Source of the DNA: Cyanophora paradoxa CCMP329
Taxonomy: Eukaryota; Plantae; Glaucophyta
Length of the DNA: 64,000 nucleotides
Direction: 5' to 3'
Assembly (NCBI GenBank): GCA_004431415.1
Contig: QPMI01000674.1
Span: 11,327 to 75,326, forward strand
Shown here: in pieces, positions 41,451 through 53,979 of the stretch
Numbering within the stretch: the stretch's first letter is position 1
Layout of the letters: each line of letters opens with the position of its first letter
Notes under the pieces: model-generated
What the model was told of the DNA's origin: nothing
The model's database searches: none
What the model saw: only the letters and a program-made list of their open reading frames with translations
Made by a program: the position numbers and the translations under genes

Positions 41451-43084
41451 CGCACTGCGCAGCCTACGCCGCAGGGTACCCGTGCTGCGTGGACTAATTT
41501 TCAATGCATGCAGCTTGCACCGCTTTTTTTGCAAAAGTGGACGTCGCATTGATACACCACGGCACATGTATCAATGTTCTACGTGACGTGCCCTTCCGAC
41601 CGGTCATCTGTCTAGCCGAAGACGCTAGCAAGGTGCCGGCCATGGGTCGCTCAATATGGGAGGTTCGCCTGAGTGGGGGAGCCATGGTTTTCGGTGATAG
41701 CCGTAACCAGGCCCGCGCGCCCACCCCTTGATCAACTCCTCCATCCCTCATGAGCCCTGGAAGTGAAATGTCTCGCAGTCCGCCGCCCTCCCTTGCCGCC
41801 GCTCCGCCACCCCTCCTCCTCCTCACTCTGCCTCCTCCCTCCTCCTCACCTGCGCCCCAGGACCCGATTAATCGGTGTCCCGTTCTGTCGAGGTGAAGAA
41901 GGTGGTAGGAGGAAGATATGAGGAAGGAGAGGGAGTGGGCGGCGGCAGCGGGAGGGGGTGGGCAGCGGATGCGGGGCAGGGCAGGGAGCGGTGCCGGGAC
42001 GGCAGAGTGGAGTGAGCGTGGGCACTGACAGGCGGCGCAGAGAGCGGGGAGTGCGGAGACGAGGCGGGTCGCGAGGGGTCGGGAGGGGTCGGTCTGAGTA
42101 GGGGGGGTGGCCGAGGCCAGAGGGGTGGCCGAGGCCGATGGGGTGGCCGAAGCCGGGGGGGGGGCCGAAGCCGATGGGGTGGCCGAAGCCGAGGGGGGGG
42201 CCGAAGCCAGTGGGGGGGCCGAAGCCATGGGGGTGGCCGGAGTCAACGAGGGGTTCGACACTTGTGAGTCGGTTGGGGCCGGGGGAGGGACCGTAGGGGG
42301 CGGCGGGGCGGCCTCGTGCGGGGTCTCGGTCGGGGGGGCCGGCTGAAGCGAGGAGGGGGGGGGAGAGTCGGCTACTGGAAGCGTCGTTAGTGGTTTGTAC
42401 ACTCCAGGTGCGAAGAGGGACGTGATTGTGAGTTGTCCATCGGGTATCGACACCGTTCGCGCTTTTTTGGTCCCGCGCTTGGGGGTCTTGCGACCGGCTG
42501 CCTTTCTTTTCGCCGTAGGTACGGGTGGGGCGGGTGCAGAGGCGGGAAGGGGAGGGGTCATGGGGCGCGGGCGTTTGGGTGCCGGGGCGGGGGGAGTATC
42601 GGTTGTCCGTTTGCGTGAGGCAGGCGACGGGCGAGTTCGTTTCGAGGGAGGGGCCAGGGGGGGCGTTAGGGCGGGGCGCTTGGAAGGTTGAGTAGCGGAC
42701 GTAGGGCCCGTGGGCAAGGCGGGCAGGGTGCCATTGTCGGGGTTCTTGTGAGAAGGTTGCGTTGGGGGTGCAGCAGGTTGGGAGGCAGATCTAGAGTATG
42801 AGGTGGTCTCAGGGCGAGCGGGGCACTTTCCCCGTCTGGCGTCGGAGTGGGCCTGGAGGGCAGCTGCGGAGGCAAATCGGGTGCCACAGGTACAAGAGAA
42901 GTCAGATGTCATGGCTACGGTGCTGGTATTGGGCGGCTGGGGGAGGGGGGGCCTGGGGGAGGGGGCGGTCTGGGGCGAGGGGGAGGCAGGGAGTCGTGCA
43001 ATTGCCTGGCGGAAATTTTCCAGGAGAACCCATGGTTGGCTTTCCGAGTCCAATCCGCAGCAGAAGTCAGTGATGGAGATAGTA

Positions 43085-45520
43085 TCATGGAGGGAGGGGC
43101 GGGGGGGGCGGGGGGGAGGGGGGACCAGGCGGCTGTACTGGCGGCGAGCGGGAGGGTTTGGTGTCGGCATGTTTGCGGTATCGACGTTTGGTTCTGTCAG
43201 TGATGCCTTGTCGGAGCTCCCAGGCGTGGTTGCGGGCGCAGCGGTCCCTCCAGATCGCACGGAGGTGTTGGTCGAGGAGTAGCGCTAAATCTTTTTGGAT
43301 TGACATTGTGGTGGTCTTGTTAATGCCCAGGGCTGTGCAGAGGGCGGGCAATCCTGCCGGGGTACCGAGGCGCAGGAGGGCAGGGGCGGGGAAGGGGAGC
43401 AGGTCAGCCAAGGCCGGGCTAAGCTTTGTCCATAGGGTATCGGTGAGACCTGGGGGGCGGAAAAGGGCCGGATTTTCAGTGGGGGAGAGGAGGGCGGATT
43501 GGAGGGGAGAGGCGGGGTCAGGGGAGACGAGGCGGAGGAAGGGAAAGAGTTGAAAAATAGTATCGTCGTGTCCTAAGGGTTTGGGCGAGTGGCGGAGAAC
43601 CCGGGTGCGGAGGAAGGTCACGAGTGCGTCCTGGAGAGCTTGGAGGAGGAGGCGAGCGGCGGGGCAAGTAAATATGTGAATGAAGTCTTCGGGGGGTGGG
43701 TTGTGGGTCGGGCTGTCTGGGGTCTGCGGCCCTCGGTGGGGAAGAGGGCGGGGGGGAGCCCGGGGGGGTGAACGTGGCAGGGGGCGGGGAGGGTGGGGGT
43801 GGGGAAGCAGGGTCCTCGGGGACTGGGGCAGGGGTGGGAGGGAGGTGACAGAAGGGGCAGTGGGCGATACCGTCAGGAAAGAGAGGGCCGTATAGGTCGG
43901 GGTCGTGGAGGAGGCGGATGGTGAGGGAGGGGAGGCCTCCAAGAATGCATTGGAATCTGACTTTGCGGAGGTGATCGCCTGTGGGGGTACGGCGGTCCGG
44001 TGGCTTGTCGGACACGAGGGAGAGGGCTGGGGCGAGGGTAACGTGAGGATTGCTGAGGACGGCCCCCGCGTTGCGAAGCTGGCGCCAGTCGAGGTATTGG
44101 GAGAGGGAGGCTTCGGCTAGGAAGTGAGAGCGGGGGTCCCCCTCAACGCGGTATGCATGGAGTTTGCCTCTGTAGGGCTCGGCTCCTGGAACTGGGCCTT
44201 GGGATGACGGGGGCGGGAGGCCGACGCGGATGAGAAAGCATTTGAAACTGTGGGGAATGAAGAGAAGGGCTGAGAGGGGGGCGTCTGGGGTCGTTTTGGC
44301 AAGCTTGTCAACGGCGTCATTGTGGCAGTTGTCAGGAGTATATGCTGGGTTCGGGATACGGTTCTTGGCCGGGGTCCGGGCCGCCTCTTTCTTTGCGACC
44401 GTTTTAGATGTTTTGGCGGACCGTGGTGGCGGCTGGGCGGCGTCGCGGTGAGCGGCTTCAGCTAGGATGGTCGCCGCCTCGAGTGGGGTCACGTGGGACG
44501 GCCGGAAGAGACGGCGTGCTGTTGCGGAAGCTTCGTTGCGGGCCAGGTCAGTGAGCTGAGAGGCGAGTTCTTGGGCGTAGCGAGCACCGGGAGGGAGGGG
44601 GGTGGCGGGCCCTGCAGGGCGAGGCGGGGTAGACTCAAGCACAGTTGGGGAGCGCGGGAGGGCTGGGTGGTCGGGGGAGGATGGTGGGGAGTCTAGGGTA
44701 GGCAGGGTGCCGCCAGTGGAGACCGGGGGGCGGCGTGGCGGGTGGGGACGCCCCGGGAAGGTCGGTGGGGGTCTGAGGGCCGGGAGGGCAGGACCACAGC
44801 ATATAGGGTCAAGGGTGACGGACCCGTAGCAGAGGCTGAGGGCAATATATTCACGGTATCTGCGGAGCGTTGCATTGTCGATCTGAATGTAGGCTGGGGG
44901 GCGGGGCAAGTCCGACGGGGCAAGTGCTGAGGAGCGACTGAGTAGGTCAGCTGTGAGGAGGAGGAGAGGGCCGCAGGCCGTGCTGTTGGGGGGCTGGAGA
45001 ACGGAGAGGGATGTCTCCGGGCGTAAATAGGTCCATCTGCAGAATGGAGTGAGGGGGAGGGGGGAACCAGAGTCGCGGTGACTCCAAGTGGCGGCCAAGT
45101 CTTGTGCAAAGGAGACAAGGTGATCAGGGACGTCGAGGGAGCCGTTGTGAATGTAGAACGAGCGCGTCTGAGGAAATAAAGCGAGTAGGTGCCAGTGTCC
45201 CGGGGGGCCCTGAGGGTGCCGGGATCTGCCTGAGGGAAGGGTCGGCGAGGGGGCTGGTGGGGTATGATGAGTGGGGCGATAGGTAAGGATGGGGACAAGG
45301 ACAAGGCGGGCATCGAGAAGGCGTCCGGGGGGAAGGTATTGGTGCAGGGGGAGAAGGGCAGAGCCCCGAGAGTCAAATTGGGAGGCTGCACTAGCGGGAT
45401 AGGAGCTGGACGACAGGAAGTAGGCAGGGTGAGGCGAGGCCAGGGCGGCTTCACGGGAGGAGAGCATGTCAAGGAAGGCTTCCACAAGGGGGAGGCTGAG
45501 GGCGGCATGCGGCCGGAGGT
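43085..45520 (-). CDS. Ulp1/C48-like cysteine protease domain, RNase H C-terminal motif and CCHC finger
   Basis: LVLVPI...GHWHLL...YIHNGS...QPPNSTACG; HNDAVDKLAK; CPFC...EDFIHIFTC; IWRDRC. Confidence 0.75.
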
Positions 45521-46099
45521 GGATAAGGTCGCCTCGTCGAATGAGGGAGTGGCGATGAGGGTCAGGTCGGGGGGCGGGTGGGAGGGGGGTTTCGACATGA
45601 GAGTTTGCTCCGCGCAGTAATCATTGTCTGCAAACCGGAAGGCATTCCCCAGCCAACTTTTCTCCGCCAGCGTCAGGGGGCGAGGGAGGGGAAATTCAGT
45701 CGGGTGAGCGGGGTTCGGCCTGGGGAAGTAGTTGGTCGGGCCTCGGGCGCCGGGGGCGTGGGGGTGGGGAAGGGCAGGTGGGGGGGGGTGGGGGCTGCGG
45801 GGAGGAGGGAGGGAATTGGGGGACCGGGGGTTACCGGTGTAAGGGACGGGGGGAGAGGGGAGGACGGAAGGGAGGAGGGGTGGGTCTCGCTTGCGTCTGA
45901 CCGGACGGCGGGCTTTGGCTGCCGTGTGCTGGGAGGGGCGGGAGCTGGTGCGCGGGGTCATGCGCTGTCGTTTTGTTGTGAATGCCGGGTCGTTAGCCTG
46001 GACTGTCCCCAGGAGAACCTCAGGGTCCCGGAGAAGGAGAGCGGCCGCCCAACGCTCCCGGTAGATGGGGGCGTGGAAGGGATAGGGCGGCCCCGTCCT

Positions 46100-46700
46100 T
46101 TGCCATACAGGTGGACTTCCTCACCGCGGCCAATGAACTCAGCAGCGGTCATGACGAAGAGAGCGTCTTCACCCGTGTGGACGTTTTTCCAGGCTTGTGT
46201 GGGGAAGGTGCTGGTGTCGTACTTCCAGGCCGAGCGTGGGAGGGTCGCCGGGGCGGAGAGTCGCCGTCCACCAGCTGATGACCCAGTCTTTAAGAGGGGC
46301 CGTGACGTCGGAGGCGGTTTGCGGGTGACGTCCAGGATGCGGATTTCGCGGAGGCGGGCCGAGATGATTGCTAGTCGCCAGGGTCGGGACCCAGAGGGGG
46401 GCAGGGGGAGGAGAATATAATCGTATTCCGTTGGGGAGAAAGGGTGCGGGACGTAGGGTCGGTCCAGGTGTGGCTGGCCTGCGCGGGCTTTGAGAGAGAG
46501 GGCAGTGGGGGCTGTGCCCATGAGGATCGAGGTTGCGTGGGAGGACGAGAGGAAGAGGCACTTGGGGGTGGTCGGGGCATGAAGGCGGAAGGAGACTTGT
46601 CGGTTTTGGAGAAGTCTGAAGAAAGCGTCGACGGGTTCTGCAGGTATGGGTTGTGCGAGGAGAACGGGTGTGGCCAGGTGGGCCCCAGACCGGGGGTTGG
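46100..46700 (-). CDS. Degenerate Ulp1/C48-like domain (catalytic His and Cys apparently replaced)
   Basis: VDAFFRLL, LFLSS, DYILLPL, PWRLAII...IRILD, EDALFV. Confidence 0.55.
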
Positions 46701-47884
46701 GGTCGATGAGGGAGAGGGGGGCCGCTTTAAGGGCAGCCAGGCGAGATTTTATGCCGTCGAGGAGGGGAAGTACTCGGCGATCATACCTGGGGCCGTCAGG
46801 GTCGATGGCAGCTGAGTAGGGATGGCTCGGCGTCCATAGCGTTCGAATGAAACAGGAAGGGCGCCGGTTTGGTCGCGGAAAGGGAACGTGGGTGGGGGCC
46901 AGGCGGGGCGGGGGTGGGGTGGCAGTGCGGGCAGGACAGGGCGGGTCCCGTGCCCATTGTTCTGCGATCAGGAGGAAATAGGAACGCCCCACATGCCAGG
47001 GTCGCAACGGTGGTACGCGACCAGAGGGGTGCCAGCCTCGGTCTGGGAGGTGGGGGCGAGTGTAAGATCCTCGTCCCAGTACCAGGCGGGGAGAGGCGTG
47101 TCACGGTCGGCGGGGACAGCGGGTTTGCAGAGGGAAGTGGGTAGAAATGCCAGGTGGGGCCGGAACCCTAGGATGGGCTAAGTAATAGTCGAGGGCGAGT
47201 TTCCTTGTAGGCCCGGGATCAGGGTAGTCAACATCAGGGGCGTCCTCGGGGAGTGGTTGAAGGAAGATTGGGTTGGGAGGGGAGCAGCACTGGAAGGAGA
47301 TGCTGTGAGTGATGTCTCTGCGTCCTAAGGCTTCAAGGAAAGCGGAGTAGGCGCGGAGGATGTCGCAGTCCGAGACAATGGTCAGGTGTTCGTCGGAGGG
47401 GAAGAGAGCATGATCCTTGGGAAGTCGGATGCAGCGGTTCCAGATGACGGTTTCCGCCGCCGTGAAGGCGCGTTCAAGTCTGGCGGACGCGAGGGGGACG
47501 AGGTCGAGGACCAGGTGGGTGTTGGTAGTCTCAGAGGCGTCTACATAGTCAACGAGGTCCGCTTGGCATCGGAGGAAATGGTAGTCGGCGGGGCTGTCAG
47601 CTAGAATATATGTGCGAATGTGCCGGCGAGGCGGGAAGAGGGACGAGAATAGGGACGGGGGGAGGGGTGGGGAGGAGTCGTCCGAAAAAAGGAGTCGGGC
47701 ATCGGGGATGTCCATTCCGCCAATATAGTGGTAGGGAGCCGAGGCAGAGAACGTCTGCGGGGCGGTAGGTAGGGGGGCAGCTGGTCCGCTGAGGGGGACA
47801 CGGGGTCGGCGGGGGAAGAGGGGGCCGGGCGGCGGGTCGTCGTTGGTGTCGGAGCCGTTGCAGGTGGCCGCGGGATGGTCTTTG

Positions 47885-48305
47885 GTTGGTGAGAGGGGAC
47901 CCACTGAAGCGTGACTTGGAAGTTCGGGTCTTGGGCGATACGAATGGCGTATTGCGTTCGAGCGTTGAGGAGAAGGGCCCCGTCTTCTCGGCGGAGCAGG
48001 GTGCGGAAGTTGATGGGATGGGAGAAAGATGAAGGGTCTTGAAAGGCGAAGGCTGTCAGGGCTCGGATAGTGTTCTGACTGTCCGTGATAATTTTCCCGC
48101 CCGTGGGCCCGAAATACGTGAATGCTGCGGAGATTGTGCCTGCTAGCTCTCCCAGGTTCACGTTGTGTTGGACGCCGGGAGACGGTGGGCGAACTCGATT
48201 TTGTCAGGCAGGTCGGGATTATTTTCGAGGGGTGCAAGGCCGGCGTAAGTGGTTCGGACGGAGGCGGAGCCCTGTTTTTGTGTGCTGGCGTCCGTGTATA
48301 TTACC
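47885..48305 (-). CDS. RNase H domain, N-terminal three motifs
   Basis: VIYTDAS (48284-48304), GELAG, IITDSQ, LQWVPSH. Confidence 0.85.
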
Positions 48306-49329
48306 CGGGGAGTAGGTCCGGAGGGAAGGGGCGGGGAGTTTAGTGCGCGGAGTGTAGGGCAGAGCTCTGCGAAAAGGGCTCGGGAGGTAATGAAAAGGAA
48401 GTCGAGCCCGGCCGGGATTCATAGAAGTCGCGGTCGGCTTGTGATGCGGGGTCATAAGGCGTGGGCGTCTCTCGAGGGCAACATTGGTAGCCTGGGCCTC
48501 CGCTCGGAAAGAGTCCCACCAGTCAGTTTCCCGGAGCCAGAGGTCGATGAAGCCAATGTGTGTGATTTCGCGGGGGAGGTTGGGAGGGGGGAGTTCGGGG
48601 TCATATTGAGCAGGAGGGGTAGCTGAGGAGGGGTCAAGGCGGGCTTTTTTAGCTGCTCGTGTGGGTTGAGCACGGGAGGGCTGCTGTCCTCTAGAGTGGG
48701 AGCATGTGAAGGCGGAGGTGGAGTCGGGCAGCTGCCGGGAGCGGGTGGGCACCGGCCTATTGAGATTGGAGAGGCTCGGAGACCAGCCCTTCGATTCGCA
48801 CGACGAGCCTGCCGGGATTCGGCGGACGTGAGATGCGTACTCGACCCATCGACAAGCAGTCGTAGAGAGGCCCAGCTCGCGATGAAGCTGTTCAGAGCCG
48901 CAGTATTTTGGGTGAGGGCAAAATTGGAATTCCAGTCTGCGTTCACGCCAGGCGGGGTCGAGCTCAAGCGCCGATAGACCGGGGTCGCGCATGGAGAAAC
49001 CATCATATGGGGTGAGGCAGTAATGGACGAGTTCCACCCCATAGTTATACTCTGAATCTCGGGGGCAGTTAGGATCCGCATCGGAGTCCTCCGAAGCTAG
49101 TTCGTCCGGGTTTTCGTCTGGGATAGGGGGTTTCCCCACGACGCGGCCGACCAGGCCTTGGGATGTCCAGACAAAGTCACCAATGTTGAGTCCCGCAAGG
49201 ACGGCATTAGCTTGGAGAGAGCGACGAATGTCTGGGATAGAGGGCGGCGGAGGCATAGGGTGGCGGGGGAGGAAAGGGGACCGGGTGGAGGGGCGGGGAA
49301 GAGAGAGTTCTTCGCGGACAGCGTCCCAC

Positions 49330-52300
49330 TATCGCGTACCATCCTCCCGGCAATTCGACTGCGATACGCCGCTGCCCTCTACCTTTCAGACCTCAGCCTC
49401 ACAGGACAAGGCTACAAACCACCGAAGCCCTCTTTCCCTGCCGACTGGACCGGGCCCACCCACCCACATGACTTGGATCAGCTGCATCCGTCTGCGACGC
49501 CGCCTCAACCGGAGCCCCCGTCGGCACCAATATTCGGCTCTGTCGCGGCACCCGCACTAGCCGACCCGCCTTCACCGGTGCCCACAACACGCTCCGTGTC
49601 TCCTCCCGCCTCACCACCCTCGGGCAAGCAGGGCGCCGAACCATCAGCTACCGCCCCTGTACCGCCCCTCCCCGAGCTCTATCAGAAGCCGAGAAGGCTC
49701 TGCTTCCCCAAATTCGCATCTGCTGGGGTCCAGCCTCAACCGAGGCGACCATGCAGCGGAGAACGCCATCATTGGGCTCCCACGTGCTTGCATTACGACA
49801 GACAGCCGACCCTCCCGATCGCCTGCCCCGGACCTCTACGTCGCAGACCTCGCTCGCCTCTACACAGATCTAGACCTACCCCCGCACCTAGGGATGGCGA
49901 GCTCGGACTATTGCAAGTGCACTTCCCGTGGAGTCTCGGACCGTGTGGTTGATGCCTTCTTCGATGTCCTGGCAGCCCGTCCCGTGTGCCGTGGGGGCGA
50001 CGTTTGCTTCCTTCCTACCGCGATCTCCACGGTCGGTGCAGGCGCCCAACCCCACACCCTGAACCCAGCACAAGCCCTGCAATATCTGCCGCCACGGCCA
50101 CTACGGTCGTACCGCATGGTTTTCTTCCTGCTCTGGTCCCGTCCGCCTCCCGCAGCGGGAAGGCGACTCGGCCGACCACTGGGTCCTCCTTCTCATTGCC
50201 CCAGACAACGCTCGATCCGAATCTACGACGGCGGCAACCGAAGCCGACCCGACCGAACAGCCCTCGGCCTTGACCTTGTCAGAATCTGGCTTCGAAGGGA
50301 TGACGAGCCCTTCGCCCGCCTCTCTGGACATCCTTCTCGACAGACGCCTGTGACGGCCCCATCCAGATTGCCCGCTCCTCCTGTGGGATCCTTCTCCTCA
50401 TGACAGCCTACGTCCTCTCGGGTGACCCGTCGACGCAACGCCTCAGCACACTCATCCGGGACTTCCCGGAACGGCTTCGGACCTACACCCATTTCATTAT
50501 ACTTGCCCTTTACCTCGGCACCACTGAAATAGGCTCCGCACCTTTCCCCCGGATCAGCTCGCGTTTGCGACTCCAGAAACAGCATGCGTTCCAACGCTCG
50601 GCAGCCGGCGCCGGCGAACGGTGGCAACCTTGCACCACGGTGGCATGCTGCCGACGCCGCCTGACTCTGAAATCGACGACGGAGGCGAGACCCGCTTAAC
50701 ACTCGAGGACAACTGGCAGGCAAGCGACAGCGAAGAGGACTCCCTCGTTGCTCACTCCTGCCCTCCCTCGCCAACGCTCATCACGTTACCAGATCCGGCA
50801 GCAGATCCCCCGCCAAAATCAGACGAGGCCGCCTTCGCCCAGGTCGTAGGAAAACTGCAAAGAGAACGGAGGCTGCATCTGCCTCGCGCCGAGATTCTCT
50901 CTAACCTTACCCGCCCGGCATCGCTCCGCGCAGCTGAGGTTGCCACCCTCGCCGAAGAGAACTCAAAATCGCCCCACCGGCCCTGCGCCTGCCCCGACCA
51001 AGAAAGACCGGGCGCGAGCCCGCCGGGCGCCGGGAGCGGAACTGGTACCCAATCCAGCGTACGACTGCTACAACGACCAGGCCGATCGCCTCGCGAAAAG
51101 CTGCAACGATGGGCCTTTCCCTGCCCTTCTATACCTCCCGCAGGATGCGGGTCCACCACCCCGCTCATCCGCTATGGCACCAAGCCTGGCTCTGCGGAGC
51201 TACCGACCGGCACAGAGAGATACGCCGGCCACCTCTTGGCGTACCGCGTGAACGGAGACCCGCGCAAACACATGGACGAGGAAGCCCACCTCGTGGATTT
51301 CATTCAGTGGAGCTGTCAACTCGAAGCTGGTAGACTCCTGCGCTTCACTGGCGGCCAAATCGACGCTGCTCTCTCCCTCATGTCCGCACACCGCAAAGAT
51401 GGACGCCGCAAGACCCAAGCCGGGGTTCAGCTTCGCGCGACGCGCTCGAAACTGCTGACTGCATCTCTGGCCACGCTGCGAGTCCGTGCTCGCACGCGCC
51501 CGGACATCTATGCGGCAATCTGCCCGAGGGACCGATTTGCCCCGCTGCCGCCTCGCAGAGGAAGACTTCGATCACATCTGGGTATGCCCTGCTGCTGCTA
51601 CTGCCGTCAACGTCTTTCGCCTAGCCGCCCGCGAACACGTCCTTAAACACGTGATGAAACACAAGCCGACGGACTTCGCAGCTCCTGGGACTCGCTATTC
51701 CCTTCCTACTAGACCCTGGCATGTCCAGCCCTCCGCTCGAGTTCGCTCCGGATTGCCACTGGGCAGAAACTAGCTATTCTCGAAGCAGCCGACCTCCTTC
51801 ATCAATTCGAATTTCGCGCTCTCTTCCAGCTTGTCGCCCCGCAAGGAATTCACGTCCTACTCCGAGCCTTCGGAGTTCGAACTCTAGCTACGACCTCGCA
51901 GCAAGCAGTGAATGGATTGGTGCAACTAGCGGACGAACATGCACGGACCATCTGGAAAACCCGCTGCGACGCAGTCATAGCCTGGGAACAGGAACACGGC
52001 ATCACGTCGGGCAAAAACGCACCAAGCGGGCTAAGGCCTCAATGCTGGCTCAGGTCTCTGCTACGCCAGCCCGGCACCAATCCCTCTCAACCCGACTACC
52101 CGATGCCCTCGCTCGAACGCCAACAAGTCACGATCACGGAGTACCTCGGCGGGGCAGCTCCTGCCCTGGCGGCCGAGCTGGCGGCGTTCACCTGGAAGAA
52201 GCTGGAAGAGGAACCTACTCAACAGCCCCCCGACGTAGCGCCCGCCTCCGCGAACTCGACGCACGACGCCCTCGCTGCGACACCTGCGGGACAAGCTTTG

Positions 52301-53704
52301 CCTCCGCCCGCCGGTGCCTCCGCCACCTCGCTACCGGTCTCTGCGTCGACAGCGCAGCGGGAGTCGGCTTCCAGCTAGTCCGCAATCCTAGCCCTCCCAG
52401 CCCACGTCCTCGACGACCGACTTGGAACTACCCCTTCTCTACCCCCGCAGCCCCCGCCCGCGTAGCGAAACGGCCTGCAGTCACGCCTGCAGCACCCCGA
52501 CATCAGCTAAACGCTTCAGAGACGAGCACGGGCCCCGCAACACCCGCCACCGTCCACCAGCAGGCCTCCACCCGTTGGCTCCAAACGCACGGTGGAGGAT
52601 GACGTTACAGCCCCGGCCTCCAGCGCCAAACGTCGCCCAGGGATAACACCGTCAGAGCCGCCGAGCAGCAAACGCAAACACGCACCGGCCCCTCGGAAGC
52701 CTCCAGGACAGAAACGCGGCAAGCGTGACGCCTCAGCCCGCCACCGGACCCCATTCCGGGGCTCCCTGAGGGCTCCATCTTTAAATTCTTCGCCCAGGCG
52801 AATGGAAACCGACGGCAGAAACCACTCTGCGGCCGCCTAGCGAGCGCGCCCCGCGGCCAAGCAACCTCGAAACCCCGGAAAAAACTCCGCCGCCGCCAGC
52901 CAGCCCGACTGGAAGAGCTGCCCCGCTGCCCCGGCCGCCGCCACCGCCCCCGAAGCCACCGCCGATGCCACTACCGACGCCCCTCCCAAGCCGCGCAAAC
53001 CTCGAAAGCCCCGCAGCATACTCCAATACCTCCCAGACATGTGCGCAACCTGCGGCTGCCGTCGCATCCACCATGACGCGATCACCCCACAGGCCTGGCC
53101 CGTCTCCCACATCTGCTCTGCCCTCCAGACACGCCCGCCAGCTTCTCAGCTCATCACTGCGCCTGTCAGCCACATATCATTTCCTTCATGTCGACCCTCG
53201 GGGCACAACATCCTGAAATACAAAGGCTAGCAAGGAGGTCCGGGGGGGGGGGGAGGGAGGGGCGGGGGGGGGAGGAGGTGGGGGGGTGGGGGGGGGGGGT
53301 GGCGCAGGTCTCGGAGCGCGGCGCCTCGTCCCACTGGTCGGAGCTGGACTTCGAACGGCGGCGACGACGACGGGCGCGACGACACCGTGGACTCTCCCCC
53401 CTACCGCATCTCCGCCACTATTAGATAGGACACAGCGTACCACGGCCAAGTTCTACGAGACATCAAGCGGGCATCTAGGACCGTGCAGCTCATCATGCCG
53501 CGCTCACTGCTAGAGGACCGGCGCATATTATGTTCTGGAGGCGACTCGGTAGACTACAGCTAAAGCACCAGCTCGACACGACTAGTAGCTGTAGCACTCT
53601 TGTCACCTATCTCCTCCTGCAGTCAGCATCCCAGTATCCAGTAGGCGAGGAGCGGGGGACTGTTGTCAAGTGTGTACGAATGCAACAGGTTGTTCAAAAA
53701 AAAA
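49330..53704 (+). mobile_element. 5'-truncated related non-LTR retrotransposon nested in the outer LINE
   Basis: 16-bp TSD GCGGACAGCGTCCCAC at 49314-49329 and 53705-53720; A9 tail at 53696-53704; DHWVLL/IYDG/QIARSSCG, YNDQADRLAK, EDFDHIWVC and IWKTRC motifs. Confidence 0.92.
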
Positions 53705-53979
53705 GCGGACAGCGTCCCACCAGGAGGGGGCACGTTTGTAGTATGCCGGGACACGGCCGTGACTCCAGAGGAGGGACCATTCGGCAAGGGAGCCGTCAGG
53801 GGCCGTGATGTCGCGGATTGTGAGGAGGCCGCAGCGATAGAGTCGCTGACCGGCTTGTTGGAGGGTGAGGGGCGACAATTGCGTTGATATAATATATTCT
53901 CGTCGAAGATGGGAGCGGCGGGAGGGGAGGCCATGTGTCCAGGAGTCGCACGTTGTGAGGATGTGATGGGAGGTGGAGG

